Sequence record: OQ938542.1
Origin: Escherichia phage vB_EcoP_PE007
Strand: one strand, 5' to 3'
Length of the DNA: 64,000 bases
Part shown: positions 1-8,427 of the stretch, piece by piece
Position numbering within the stretch: the stretch's first letter is position 1
Layout of the letters: each line of letters opens with the position of its first letter
Made by a program: the position numbers and the translations under genes
The notes under the pieces: model-generated
Seen by the model: only the letters and a program-made list of their open reading frames with translations
Database searches by the model: none
What the model was told of the DNA's origin: nothing

Positions 1-1
1 T

Positions 2-559
2 ACCAAACTGCCACGTGTAGTCTCTGCTATTGAAGGTGAAGATATTAACTGGCACGTTGATGTAGCAGGTGGGAAAGCACCATTTACTTATAAATGGCAA
101 TTCAAAGCTGATACTGCTGGTGCAGCATTCGCTGATATTAGCTCCAGTACTAACCCATCTGCTGCTACTGCAACATTGACCCTTAATGATGTAACAGCTA
201 CTTCTGCTGGTACTTACAAAGTGATTGTTACTGATGCTAATGGAACCACGGTAGAGGATGGGTCACTATTAGCTGTAGGCTATTACGAAGCAAGCTCACT
301 GGTAGCTACTCCTGCTTCACTGGCTCTGTCTGTTGCTGCCGATGCTGTTGCTGGTAAGACTGTAACAATTGTTGCTATGCCCGTTGGTTCATCTGCTGGT
401 ACTTTGTCTATCAAGACTGCTCCAGATTCTGCTCGTGCTACGGCTACCATTGCTGGTAACGTACTGACAGTTAAACCAGTGGCTGCTGGTGATACTACTT
501 CTGTAGTAGTTACCAACGGTATAGTCGATGTAACCATCCCTGTTACTGTTGCAGAATAA
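2..559 (+). CDS. Ig-like domain protein, 5' partial (possible capsid decoration protein)
   Basis: Frame is open from window start to the stop at 557-559 (track start at 176 is TTG inside the frame); Thr/Val/Ala-rich beta-strand repeats such as TYKVIVTDANGTT and VVVTNGIVDVTIPVTV. Confidence 0.45.
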   Translation, partial: TKLPRVVSAIEGEDINWHVDVAGGKAPFTYKWQFKADTAGAAFADISSSTNPSAATATLTLNDVTATSAGTYKVIVTDANGTTVEDGSLLAVGYYEASSLVATPASLALSVAADAVAGKTVTIVAMPVGSSAGTLSIKTAPDSARATATIAGNVLTVKPVAAGDTTSVVVTNGIVDVTIPVTVAE

Positions 560-581
560 TAGTACTTCTTTTTGTGGTTAT

Positions 582-601
582 AGCCCTCCTTAGTGAGGGC
601 T
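582..601 (+). terminator. hairpin attenuator/terminator
   Basis: agccctc-cttagt-gagggct followed by ttcttgtat; near-identical copy at 27631-27649. Confidence 0.4.
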
Positions 602-626
602 TTCTTGTATCTATAGGAGAGTAAAA

Positions 627-935
627 ATGACACAGAAATTACGTGTATGGCACATTCCCCAAATGCCAATGAAGGCATTTCATGTAGAAACTGATAGTCT
701 TCAGGAAGCTGTTAAGATTAAGAATGCGTTAGCAGACTATGACCTATTCCAGTATGAGAACAATGTCAAAGGCGATTATGCTAATGCTAACGGTATTGAG
801 ATGTGGGATGAGTCCCTCACTGACCAAGACCTTATTGATAGGGAATTGGAGGACCGTTGGGTAGATTGGTATATTGAAACTGAAGACGATTTCTTTGATG
901 ACCCAGAAGAATATCTGAATTATCTAATCAAGTAA
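627..935 (+). CDS. small acidic hypothetical protein
   Basis: ATG at 627 preceded by aggaga RBS; strongly acidic C-terminus (ETEDDFFDDPEEY). Confidence 0.6.
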   Translation: MTQKLRVWHIPQMPMKAFHVETDSLQEAVKIKNALADYDLFQYENNVKGDYANANGIEMWDESLTDQDLIDRELEDRWVDWYIETEDDFFDDPEEYLNYLIK

Positions 936-987
936 GTATGATTGCTTTATTTGGGGTTATAAACCCTGAAATGAAACCCTCAAGTTT

Positions 988-1017
988 GACCTCCCTATTG
1001 AAGGGAGGTCTTTTTTT
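988..1017 (+). terminator. rho-independent terminator
   Basis: gacctccc-tattgaa-gggaggtc followed by T7. Confidence 0.75.
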
Positions 1018-1042
1018 GACTTAAACATCCTGGAGCCAGGAA

Positions 1043-1231
1043 ATGTACAAAGAGATTGCGTTTTTCTCATTCTTACTAGGTGGTTTGATAGGTGCAGGAT
1101 TTGTAGCTATTTCTAATACCTACTTTGGTTCTACTCCAAACTCTGTAACACAAACCCTCAAGCATGAATGTGAATTGAATATCCCTCGTAATCAAAACTG
1201 TGTAATGCAGTTCGTACCGGAGAAGAAATGA
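1043..1231 (+). CDS. small membrane protein
   Basis: ATG with ggagccagg RBS; hydrophobic N-terminal segment FFSFLLGGLIGAGFVAI. Confidence 0.5.
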   Translation: MYKEIAFFSFLLGGLIGAGFVAISNTYFGSTPNSVTQTLKHECELNIPRNQNCVMQFVPEKK

Positions 1232-1488
1232 ATATTCATAATCTACATTTGGTTGAAAAACTGTATGAAGAATACAACGACAACCGACAGCAATTAGCTA
1301 GTTTGAAGAAAGCTCCACATATGGTGAAAGTATCCTTTTACGATAAGGATTTAGGACCGCAAGCTCGTACAAGAATACTACCTGAGCTACTGTCATTTTA
1401 TCAAAATAAGGTAGATGACTTAGAGAAACGCCTGAAGCATTTAGGTGTAGATTTATCAACGCTACCGGATGAAGGAGAAGATGAGTGA
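1228..1488 (+). CDS. hypothetical protein
   Basis: ATG overlapping upstream stop (ATGA), operon-style coupling. Confidence 0.5.
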   Translation: MNIHNLHLVEKLYEEYNDNRQQLASLKKAPHMVKVSFYDKDLGPQARTRILPELLSFYQNKVDDLEKRLKHLGVDLSTLPDEGEDE

Positions 1489-1694
1489 AAGTAACAAATC
1501 GTTCTGAGAACAATGAGGTAACTTTCGGTGATGTGGAGCCTGCTAATGGTTTTATTTATAACCAGACAGTGTGTTTAAAGATTCACTTACCTGATGGTAA
1601 ACCTGCTGCTGTTGCTGTAGAAACTGGTAAATCATTCTGTCTATCTGCAAGTACATTCGTAACACCAATAAACCTGGAAGGATATTACCTTTGA
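1485..1694 (+). CDS. hypothetical protein (GTG start)
   Basis: GTG at 1485 with gaaggag RBS 5 nt upstream; no internal Met. Confidence 0.4.
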   Translation: MKVTNRSENNEVTFGDVEPANGFIYNQTVCLKIHLPDGKPAAVAVETGKSFCLSASTFVTPINLEGYYL

Positions 1695-1876
1695 AATTAA
1701 CACAGTCCCAAGCAATCTTCCTTCGTATGGTTCAAGGTGGCTCTGCCACCAGCAACCGTAATAACAAAACCGCACAGTCTCTTAAAAAGCTGGGCTTAGT
1801 TCAGTTCAATACTGGTCTTGGGTGGTCATTAACCCCTATCGGTGTACTTCAACTCAACGAAATGAAAGGTAACTAA
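1691..1876 (+). CDS. hypothetical protein (TTG start)
   Basis: TTG at 1691 with ggaagga RBS; alternative ATG at 1727. Confidence 0.35.
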   Translation: MKLTQSQAIFLRMVQGGSATSNRNNKTAQSLKKLGLVQFNTGLGWSLTPIGVLQLNEMKGN

Positions 1877-2206
1877 ATGAAAACTTTACTTAAAGGTATT
1901 GCAGTAGCTGCACTGATAGCTTTGGCCCCAAGTGCACAGGCAATTGAACCAGAACCAATTCTGGAAGGTGCTCAGGCTTACCTGGATGACACCCGTGATG
2001 TGTTCGGGCAAGGGTTCTTCATGGGCAGCATGGTTGCTTACATTGAGAACACAAATAACTGTGTTCCTGATGGTATTAAGTATTCAAGCATTCTGCCTAA
2101 GATTGCCAAAGTAGTTATTTATGACTCTGCGATCCTTAAGATGAAGAATACATCTCAAATTATTGCGTACTCAGTGCACAAGGCATATCCCTGCACCAAA
2201 TCTTAA
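1877..2206 (+). CDS. secreted/periplasmic small protein
   Basis: N-terminal signal peptide MKTLLKGIAVAALIALAPSAQA with AQA-I cleavage-type site; two Cys. Confidence 0.55.
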   Translation: MKTLLKGIAVAALIALAPSAQAIEPEPILEGAQAYLDDTRDVFGQGFFMGSMVAYIENTNNCVPDGIKYSSILPKIAKVVIYDSAILKMKNTSQIIAYSVHKAYPCTKS

Positions 2207-2240
2207 TTAGTAATTCCATTAGCTTTAGGAGAGTAAGTAA

Positions 2241-3293
2241 ATGGCAAGCATTGACTCCTTGACCGTATGTAATTCACGTCAAGCCCGTAACTTTATTATC
2301 CGTGCCTTGAAAGCAGGTAACGTACCGTTCCTGACTTCATCCCCGGGTATGGGTAAATCTGCAATCATTCGTTCTATTGCAGAAGAATTTGGTATGAAGC
2401 TGATAGATCATCGTCTGTCTACTTCTGCCCCAGAAGACCTGTCTGGCTTACCATTCCGTAATGGTGACCGTGCAGAGTTTATTCCATTCGCTGACTTATT
2501 CCCCATTGAAGGGGATGAAGTACCAGAAGGGTATAATGGCTGGCTCCTGTTCCTTGATGAGTTCAACTCAGCTAAGAAAGAGGTAGTGGCTGCTGCATAC
2601 AAACTAATTCTCGACCGTATGACTGGTCAGAAAAAACTTCATCCTAATGTGATGATTGTATGCGCTGGTAACAAAGCTACTGACCGTGCCATTGTTAACC
2701 CATTAGGTACTGCAATGCAGTCCCGTGTGGTTCACTTTGAAATGGAACTTAACTTCGACATCTTTGTTGAAGACGTAATGATTCCTCAGCAATGGGATGA
2801 ACGTCTGGTTGCATTCTTACATGCTAATCCAGGCTATCTGCATGACTTCGACCCAGCTCATAAGAACAAAACGTTCTGTTGTCCTCGTACTTGGGACTTT
2901 GTTAATAAAGACCTCAAGAACCTGCCAGAAGGTGCTCTTCCTGATGAAGATTCTATCTACTATGCAGGTCACGTTACTGCTGGTAAGGCTACAGAGTTTG
3001 TTCAGTTTACTCAGGTATATAATCGTATCATTACGATTGAGAAGGTAGTCAAAGACCCACTGGGCTGTGCACTACCGGAAGATAACAACCTGTGTTGGGC
3101 TACCGTTAACCATCTGGCTAACAAGACTACTGAAGAGAACTTTGTTGATGTTCTTCAGTACATTGAACGCTTTAAAACGTTCACCCATAAGATTCTGTAC
3201 TTCCGCACAGTAGGCAAGGCTTTACCAGAAATTCAGGCTACACCTGAATGGCGTAAGGCTGCTGCTAACGTCTCTCGTTACATTCACGGATAA
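2241..3293 (+). CDS. MoxR-like AAA+ ATPase
   Basis: Walker A SSPGMGKSAI, Walker B LFLDEFNS; aggagag RBS. Confidence 0.75.
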   Translation: MASIDSLTVCNSRQARNFIIRALKAGNVPFLTSSPGMGKSAIIRSIAEEFGMKLIDHRLSTSAPEDLSGLPFRNGDRAEFIPFADLFPIEGDEVPEGYNGWLLFLDEFNSAKKEVVAAAYKLILDRMTGQKKLHPNVMIVCAGNKATDRAIVNPLGTAMQSRVVHFEMELNFDIFVEDVMIPQQWDERLVAFLHANPGYLHDFDPAHKNKTFCCPRTWDFVNKDLKNLPEGALPDEDSIYYAGHVTAGKATEFVQFTQVYNRIITIEKVVKDPLGCALPEDNNLCWATVNHLANKTTEENFVDVLQYIERFKTFTHKILYFRTVGKALPEIQATPEWRKAAANVSRYIHG

Positions 3294-3300
3294 TCACAAC

Positions 3301-4476
3301 ATGAACCAATTTCCTCAGCACACACTTAGTGATGAACAACTCATGCGTGAGTATGACCGTATTCAGGCTCAAGCCTTCCTGGGTAAGTCTGCTGCGTTCT
3401 TTGGTTCATTGCTGTGTAGTCTTAAATTCTCATGGAAACGCGAGGATTGCCCCACTGCATGTACTGATGGGATAGAACTCCATTTCAACCCAGACTTCTT
3501 TATCTGGATGTGTCCAGATGCAAGAGAAACAGTATTAATGCACGAGTTATGGCATGTGGCATATCTACATGACATTCGTCGTGGAAGCCGTGACCCGGAA
3601 GTCTGGAACCAGGCTTGTGACCACTTCATTAACCTTCAGTTAGAAGAGGATGGTTACAAGTTCACTGGTATTGACAAAGGCATTTGCAAAGACCCTCAAT
3701 ATAAGGATTGGGTCGAAGAAGACATCTACGATGACCTGATGAAGAACCCTCAGAAAAGGCAGAAGCCGTCAGGGGGTGCTGGAGCAGGTCTTGCTGGCGA
3801 CATAAAATCCCCCACTTCGGGGCAGTCCCAGGGTGCTGTTGTCAACAACGTAGTTCGTGCAATGCAGAGCCAGAAAATGGCTGGTGGACAGATGCCTGGT
3901 AAGGGTGCTGGACGTATGGAAGAGGTTATTACCCAATTCCTTAAACCAGTGGTTCCTTGGCAGGAAGTTCTGATGAACTTCTTTACCGACATTGATGACA
4001 CTCACTATACGTGGGCCAGACCAAACCGTCGTTATACTGACACCTATCTACCTTCACTGGAAGATGATGAAGGACGCCTACGACACTTAGCTTATTTTGA
4101 GGATGTATCCGGTTCTATTAGTAGTGCTGACTCTCTGCGTTTTAACTCAGAGGTTGCCTACGTTAAGAGCCAGTTCAATCCTAAGAAGATGTCCCTAATT
4201 ACCTTCGACGATATTATCCAGGAAGAAATAGACATCACTGAAGAAGATACTTTCGAAGAAATTAAAATTACTGGTCGTGGTGGTACAAGCCTCGTGCCTG
4301 TACGAGATTGGATTATTAAGAATAAGCCAACCGCTGCAATCATATTCTCCGATATGTATGTTCGTCCAATGGAAGAATTGCCATTTGATATCCCTATCAT
4401 CTGGTGTGTTCTGAATAATCCCAATGCTACCGTACCTTTTGGGGAGGTAGTTCATATCCCTAAAGGAATGAAATAA
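3301..4476 (+). CDS. VWA-like domain protein with HExxH metallopeptidase-like N-domain (DUF2201-type)
   Basis: HELWH motif; C-terminal half resembles a VWA-like fold; immediately follows the MoxR ATPase as in bacterial MoxR-VWA pairs. Confidence 0.55.
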   Translation: MNQFPQHTLSDEQLMREYDRIQAQAFLGKSAAFFGSLLCSLKFSWKREDCPTACTDGIELHFNPDFFIWMCPDARETVLMHELWHVAYLHDIRRGSRDPEVWNQACDHFINLQLEEDGYKFTGIDKGICKDPQYKDWVEEDIYDDLMKNPQKRQKPSGGAGAGLAGDIKSPTSGQSQGAVVNNVVRAMQSQKMAGGQMPGKGAGRMEEVITQFLKPVVPWQEVLMNFFTDIDDTHYTWARPNRRYTDTYLPSLEDDEGRLRHLAYFEDVSGSISSADSLRFNSEVAYVKSQFNPKKMSLITFDDIIQEEIDITEEDTFEEIKITGRGGTSLVPVRDWIIKNKPTAAIIFSDMYVRPMEELPFDIPIIWCVLNNPNATVPFGEVVHIPKGMK

Positions 4477-4982
4477 TGGTTGTTAATGGTAATTCTCTAT
4501 ATCGTTCATCTCAGTTGCTGGATGTCCCAGACCGTAAGATATCCGAACATGGTGTAAGCTATGGATTGGGTGAAGCTGGTTACGATATTCGTATCAAACA
4601 AGATATTACCTTCTATCGCTTATTTGGGTTGATTCCAATGGTGAAAGTCGTTGATGGAAACAAAGTATCACGCCATCTCGGTAAATTCACATTGGCTTCA
4701 GCAATTGAGAAGTTCAACATGTCCCCATCCTGTGTAGCTATCGTTCACGATAAGTCTACGTGGGCAAGACGTGCATTATCAGTGTTCAATACCGTAATAG
4801 AACCAGGATGGAAAGGGTATCTCACCCTTGAACTGGTCTATCATGGTCGTAAGAAATTGCATATCCCAGCTGGTGCTGGGATAGCTCAAGTATTATTTCA
4901 TCTGGTTCAAGAACCTGCTAATTACAATGGCAAGTATATGAACCAGGAAAACAAACCAGTAGCTGCAAGAAGCAGTAAATAA
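4476..4982 (+). CDS. dCTP deaminase / dUTPase-family protein
   Basis: GYDIRI motif and C-terminal VIEPGWKGYLTLELV resembling the dCTP deaminase signature. Confidence 0.6.
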   Translation: MVVNGNSLYRSSQLLDVPDRKISEHGVSYGLGEAGYDIRIKQDITFYRLFGLIPMVKVVDGNKVSRHLGKFTLASAIEKFNMSPSCVAIVHDKSTWARRALSVFNTVIEPGWKGYLTLELVYHGRKKLHIPAGAGIAQVLFHLVQEPANYNGKYMNQENKPVAARSSK

Positions 4983-4991
4983 GGAAACAAC

Positions 4992-5201
4992 ATGTCAATA
5001 TTTCAAGTAACTCATGCAACCTCAGATGTACGTGTAACCATTAATGCTGCAAATGTAGTAGGAGTGGAACAAATTCCACTGTCTGATTGTGCACGTATCA
5101 CATTCGTAAATGATAGTACTATGGACACCAAAGAAACCTATCGTTCGGTACGTAATTACCTGAAGAAAGCTCTTGCTCCTACAAGCAAAGACGCTGAGTA
5201 A
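4992..5201 (+). CDS. hypothetical protein
   Basis: ATG with aaggaaa RBS. Confidence 0.45.
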   Translation: MSIFQVTHATSDVRVTINAANVVGVEQIPLSDCARITFVNDSTMDTKETYRSVRNYLKKALAPTSKDAE

Positions 5202-5274
5202 GTAACTGCCTAAATAGCCCAGCATAGTTGGGCTATTTGTGAAGAAACTAACTCAACCCCACATAGGAACCATC

Positions 5275-5517
5275 ATGGAATCTTTAGCAGCAATCCTTGT
5301 TATGTTGTTTGTATTAGCTGTATACCTTATCCCTACTATCATTGCTTTCTCACGAGGCCATGCCTCTAAGTGGGGTATTGGTGTGCTTAATATCGTATTA
5401 GGCTGGTCTTTAGTCTTCTGGGTAGTAGCACTGATTTGGTCGCTGTCCAACAAAGGACAGAACCAAGTTACAAATGTAACTGTTGTCCAAACCAATGGTG
5501 GCAGTAAAGCAGAGTAA
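5275..5517 (+). CDS. superinfection immunity (Imm-family) membrane protein
   Basis: YLIPTIIAFSRGHASKWGIGVLNIVLGWSLVFWVVALIWSL matches the Imm_superinfect pattern; ATG 5275 with aggaa RBS (track start 5239 is GTG). Confidence 0.55.
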   Translation: MESLAAILVMLFVLAVYLIPTIIAFSRGHASKWGIGVLNIVLGWSLVFWVVALIWSLSNKGQNQVTNVTVVQTNGGSKAE

Positions 5518-5591
5518 CTAATCGTAATAGTCTCATGAGGCTATTACTGGAAGTTACTTCCAGCTCATTGCTTATCCATCTCCTAATCCAA

Positions 5592-5616
5592 GCCCACCTA
5601 ACCCGTGGGCTTTTTT
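5592..5616 (+). terminator. rho-independent terminator
   Basis: gcccac-ctaaccc-gtgggc followed by T6. Confidence 0.7.
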
Positions 5617-5632
5617 AATTACAGGTACTCTT

Positions 5633-6013
5633 ATGTCAAACAGACGAAATGGTAAGTCTATCTTTCAAGGGATGGACTTCGGTAAGCTGGAACAAACTGC
5701 AATGCTTGCTTTGGGTAAAACTGTCCATGACCAAGTGGAGAGTAAAATTGAATTAGATCTTTATGCAACAATGCAGACTCTTATTCAGAAAAAATGGATT
5801 ACTAGCAGACCTTTTCCTTCATACATTCCCCCAGAACCACATCTGAAATCTAAGGTAGACCGTATCATAGATAAGTTCTGGCTTAGCCCGTGTTATGACG
5901 AAATGCATCTTTACTTGGCTCAAATACAAAAGAATCCTTATACCAAAGATGTATTTAAGGGCAAGAGCACTACCCATCACTACCCCTGGTATAGAAGAGG
6001 TAGTAAATACTAA
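5633..6013 (+). CDS. hypothetical protein
   Basis: ATG ORF following terminator 5592-5616. Confidence 0.45.
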   Translation: MSNRRNGKSIFQGMDFGKLEQTAMLALGKTVHDQVESKIELDLYATMQTLIQKKWITSRPFPSYIPPEPHLKSKVDRIIDKFWLSPCYDEMHLYLAQIQKNPYTKDVFKGKSTTHHYPWYRRGSKY

Positions 6014-6456
6014 TGCGTATCCCATTCCTAAGAAAAAGAGAACGAAATCCTGTTCTTTATAATAAAGGCATAGAGGATGAGTATGAACTCAACCGTAAAG
6101 CCCGTTCCTACATAACAAAATTATTCATGGGGACTAAAAACCCTGATAGATTATTAGACTTTGTTTTTGAACAAGTCTTTATCATATACAGCTTAGCTAT
6201 GTCTGCTGGTTCACAAGAAGTAAGTGATAAGGCAAGAAATGCTCTCTGTATGCTCCGTAAAGAGTATGAAGCTCTCATGTATGGAGACTTGTACTCATTT
6301 AAGGAAGAAACCGCTGTAGCGTGTTCTGTGGCTCTTACTGAAGGTGTAGCAGTATTACAGGAACTACCTCGTAGTGAGTTTAAACTGGTATATGTTCAGG
6401 TTAAGAGAATCACAGAAACGAGAAGTGGTATCACTAACTATCTAAGGTCATTCTAA
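6013..6456 (+). CDS. hypothetical protein
   Basis: ATG overlapping upstream stop. Confidence 0.45.
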   Translation: MRIPFLRKRERNPVLYNKGIEDEYELNRKARSYITKLFMGTKNPDRLLDFVFEQVFIIYSLAMSAGSQEVSDKARNALCMLRKEYEALMYGDLYSFKEETAVACSVALTEGVAVLQELPRSEFKLVYVQVKRITETRSGITNYLRSF

Positions 6457-7400
6457 TGATTAAGGCATCAGTAATTGCAGATTCCGTTCATCCAGAAACA
6501 GGAACCCGTATCACAACCTTTGAATTGGTTTATCCCCGATTCATTCACAGTGAGTTTATGACTCACCGTGTATTCAACCGCAATGCTTCAAGTAGCCGTG
6601 CTATTCCTACCTCTAAGTTAATCGAACAGGTTCGCAATGAACCAGTGATGCCAAGTCACTGGGGCAAGAACCAGAAAGGTATGCAAGCAGATGAAGAACT
6701 CACTCCTATGGAGATTGAGGATGCTAAGTTTATCTGGGATAACGCTGCATCTGCTGCTGCTGTGTATGCTGAACAGCTACGTCGTGGGCAAGTACATAAG
6801 CAGATTGTTAACCGCATTCTGGAACCATTCACTCATATCCGTGTAGTAGTAACTTCAACTAGCTGGGCTAATTTCTATGGACTGCGTGACCACAAAGATG
6901 CACAGCCAGAGATTCGTGAACTGGCTCAAGCAATGCGTATGGCACATGAAGAAAGTACACCAAGGGCATTACCATATGGACAATGGCATCTGCCATATGT
7001 TGCTCATATTGATCGTGTTGGGGCTTACAATTTCTGCAAACGCAATCGAATTACACGCGATGAACCAAGTGATGCAGAAGTGCATGGACTACTCCTCAAA
7101 GTAAGTGCTGCACGCTGTGCCCGTGCCTCATATAACAACTTTGAGGGACGCCCTTCTACTATCGAAGAAGATCTTGGCTTATTCGCTAAGTTAGTAGAAA
7201 ACCAACCTATTCATGCTTCTCCAACGGAACATCAGGCTACACCTATGAACCTTGGTGAGAAGTATGTGAATAACATGAACCCAGTTACCTGGGAACAAGG
7301 TGTTACATCCATGGATAAAGAAGGGAATCTGTACTCAGGTAACCTGCTCCACTTTATCCAATTCCGTAAATTAATTCCTGGTGAGACTATTACTGAATGA
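6456..7400 (+). CDS. ThyX-like FAD-dependent thymidylate synthase
   Basis: THRVFNRNASSSRAI resembles the ThyX RHRxxSxNxxSxR signature, with Thr in place of the first Arg. Confidence 0.5.
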   Translation: MIKASVIADSVHPETGTRITTFELVYPRFIHSEFMTHRVFNRNASSSRAIPTSKLIEQVRNEPVMPSHWGKNQKGMQADEELTPMEIEDAKFIWDNAASAAAVYAEQLRRGQVHKQIVNRILEPFTHIRVVVTSTSWANFYGLRDHKDAQPEIRELAQAMRMAHEESTPRALPYGQWHLPYVAHIDRVGAYNFCKRNRITRDEPSDAEVHGLLLKVSAARCARASYNNFEGRPSTIEEDLGLFAKLVENQPIHASPTEHQATPMNLGEKYVNNMNPVTWEQGVTSMDKEGNLYSGNLLHFIQFRKLIPGETITE

Positions 7401-7636
7401 AAAAACTAGCTCTATACGCAATGCTAATTAGTACCCTACTAACACTGACCTACGCATACAAAGTTGCCTTTGTCGTAGAAACAGATATGCAGTTCATTCG
7501 AGCTAGTATTCTGTTCTTTGTAAGCGAGATTGGTTTATGGTGTGTTTACTACTTTGCTCGTGACTACGAAGCAATTCGTGAGCAAGAAGAAGTGAAAAAA
7601 CAAATGATACGATTTGTAGAACAAAATCGTAAGTAA
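7397..7636 (+). CDS. small membrane protein
   Basis: Two hydrophobic segments; followed by terminator 7643-7667. Confidence 0.5.
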   Translation: MKKLALYAMLISTLLTLTYAYKVAFVVETDMQFIRASILFFVSEIGLWCVYYFARDYEAIREQEEVKKQMIRFVEQNRK

Positions 7637-7642
7637 ACCTAA

Positions 7643-7667
7643 GACCTCCTCCGGGAGGTCTTTTTTT
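7643..7667 (+). terminator. rho-independent terminator
   Basis: gacctcc-tccg-ggaggtc followed by T7. Confidence 0.75.
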
Positions 7668-7696
7668 GGTTTCAATTAACTCTTTTAGGAGGGCAT

Positions 7697-7909
7697 ATGC
7701 CTGCTAAATACCGTATCAAAGACACACCCGTAATGTGTGAGGGTGAGAAGGGCGACATTGTATATGCCTGTATCCAGGATGATTTCAATGCTGCTCAGAT
7801 GCTAACCCAAATGACAAATACACTGCATGTGTCAGTAACACTGGACCCTACCGGTGACTATCCATGCTTCCCTATTCCTGCCCATAACCTGGAGCAAATT
7901 CATGATTAA
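7697..7909 (+). CDS. hypothetical protein
   Basis: ATG with aggaggg RBS. Confidence 0.5.
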   Translation: MPAKYRIKDTPVMCEGEKGDIVYACIQDDFNAAQMLTQMTNTLHVSVTLDPTGDYPCFPIPAHNLEQIHD

Positions 7910-8216
7910 CCCTGAAGTAATTCATAGTAAAACCGGTAAGGCTGTCCCACTCAGTGAGATTGCAGTAACTGGTGATATTGCTGCTTGTCCAGCAAACATT
8001 GCCTCTCTATGTATGTGCATTGCTGCACTGGCAGAGGAACGTAAGTTATGGCTGGAGCCAAGCAAGGAAATGGTACTAGCTGGTATGGCTGAACTGAATG
8101 CACTTCTGAAAGAAATGTATGACGAGAATGGTCAATTAGTTGAACCTACTGATGACCAAATTTCAGACGCTGTAGTATTTGTCCTTCAAGCAATGGCAGG
8201 TAAACGCAATGGTTAA
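7902..8216 (+). CDS. hypothetical protein
   Basis: ATG at 7902 with ggag RBS, ATGA overlap with upstream stop; track start 7854 is further upstream in frame. Confidence 0.45.
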   Translation: MINPEVIHSKTGKAVPLSEIAVTGDIAACPANIASLCMCIAALAEERKLWLEPSKEMVLAGMAELNALLKEMYDENGQLVEPTDDQISDAVVFVLQAMAGKRNG

Positions 8217-8400
8217 TGTAAATATCGCCTCAGAGAAAACGTATAGCATTCAGATTAATGGCTTAACTGAGTATCAAGTCTTATTCCTAATGAATGCTTT
8301 TCAAAATAGTCCAGTGGGTCACCATCCTAATGATGAACCACGAGAAGAAGCTGAACTTCGTAAAGCTATTTTTGATAAGTGTAAACAAGTTCTAATGTAA
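8209..8400 (+). CDS. hypothetical protein
   Basis: ATG at 8209 in frame with the TTG track start at 8179. Confidence 0.35.
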   Translation: MVNVNIASEKTYSIQINGLTEYQVLFLMNAFQNSPVGHHPNDEPREEAELRKAIFDKCKQVLM

Positions 8401-8427
8401 GCAACATTTAATCTGGAGAGTAAATAA

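Noticed and set aside
2797-3048. 83-aa ORF in an alternative frame inside the MoxR ATPase gene, and similar nested ORFs (for example 1932-2114, 6877-7104)
   Set aside because: Fully overlapped by well-supported genes in another frame, with no independent start signals.
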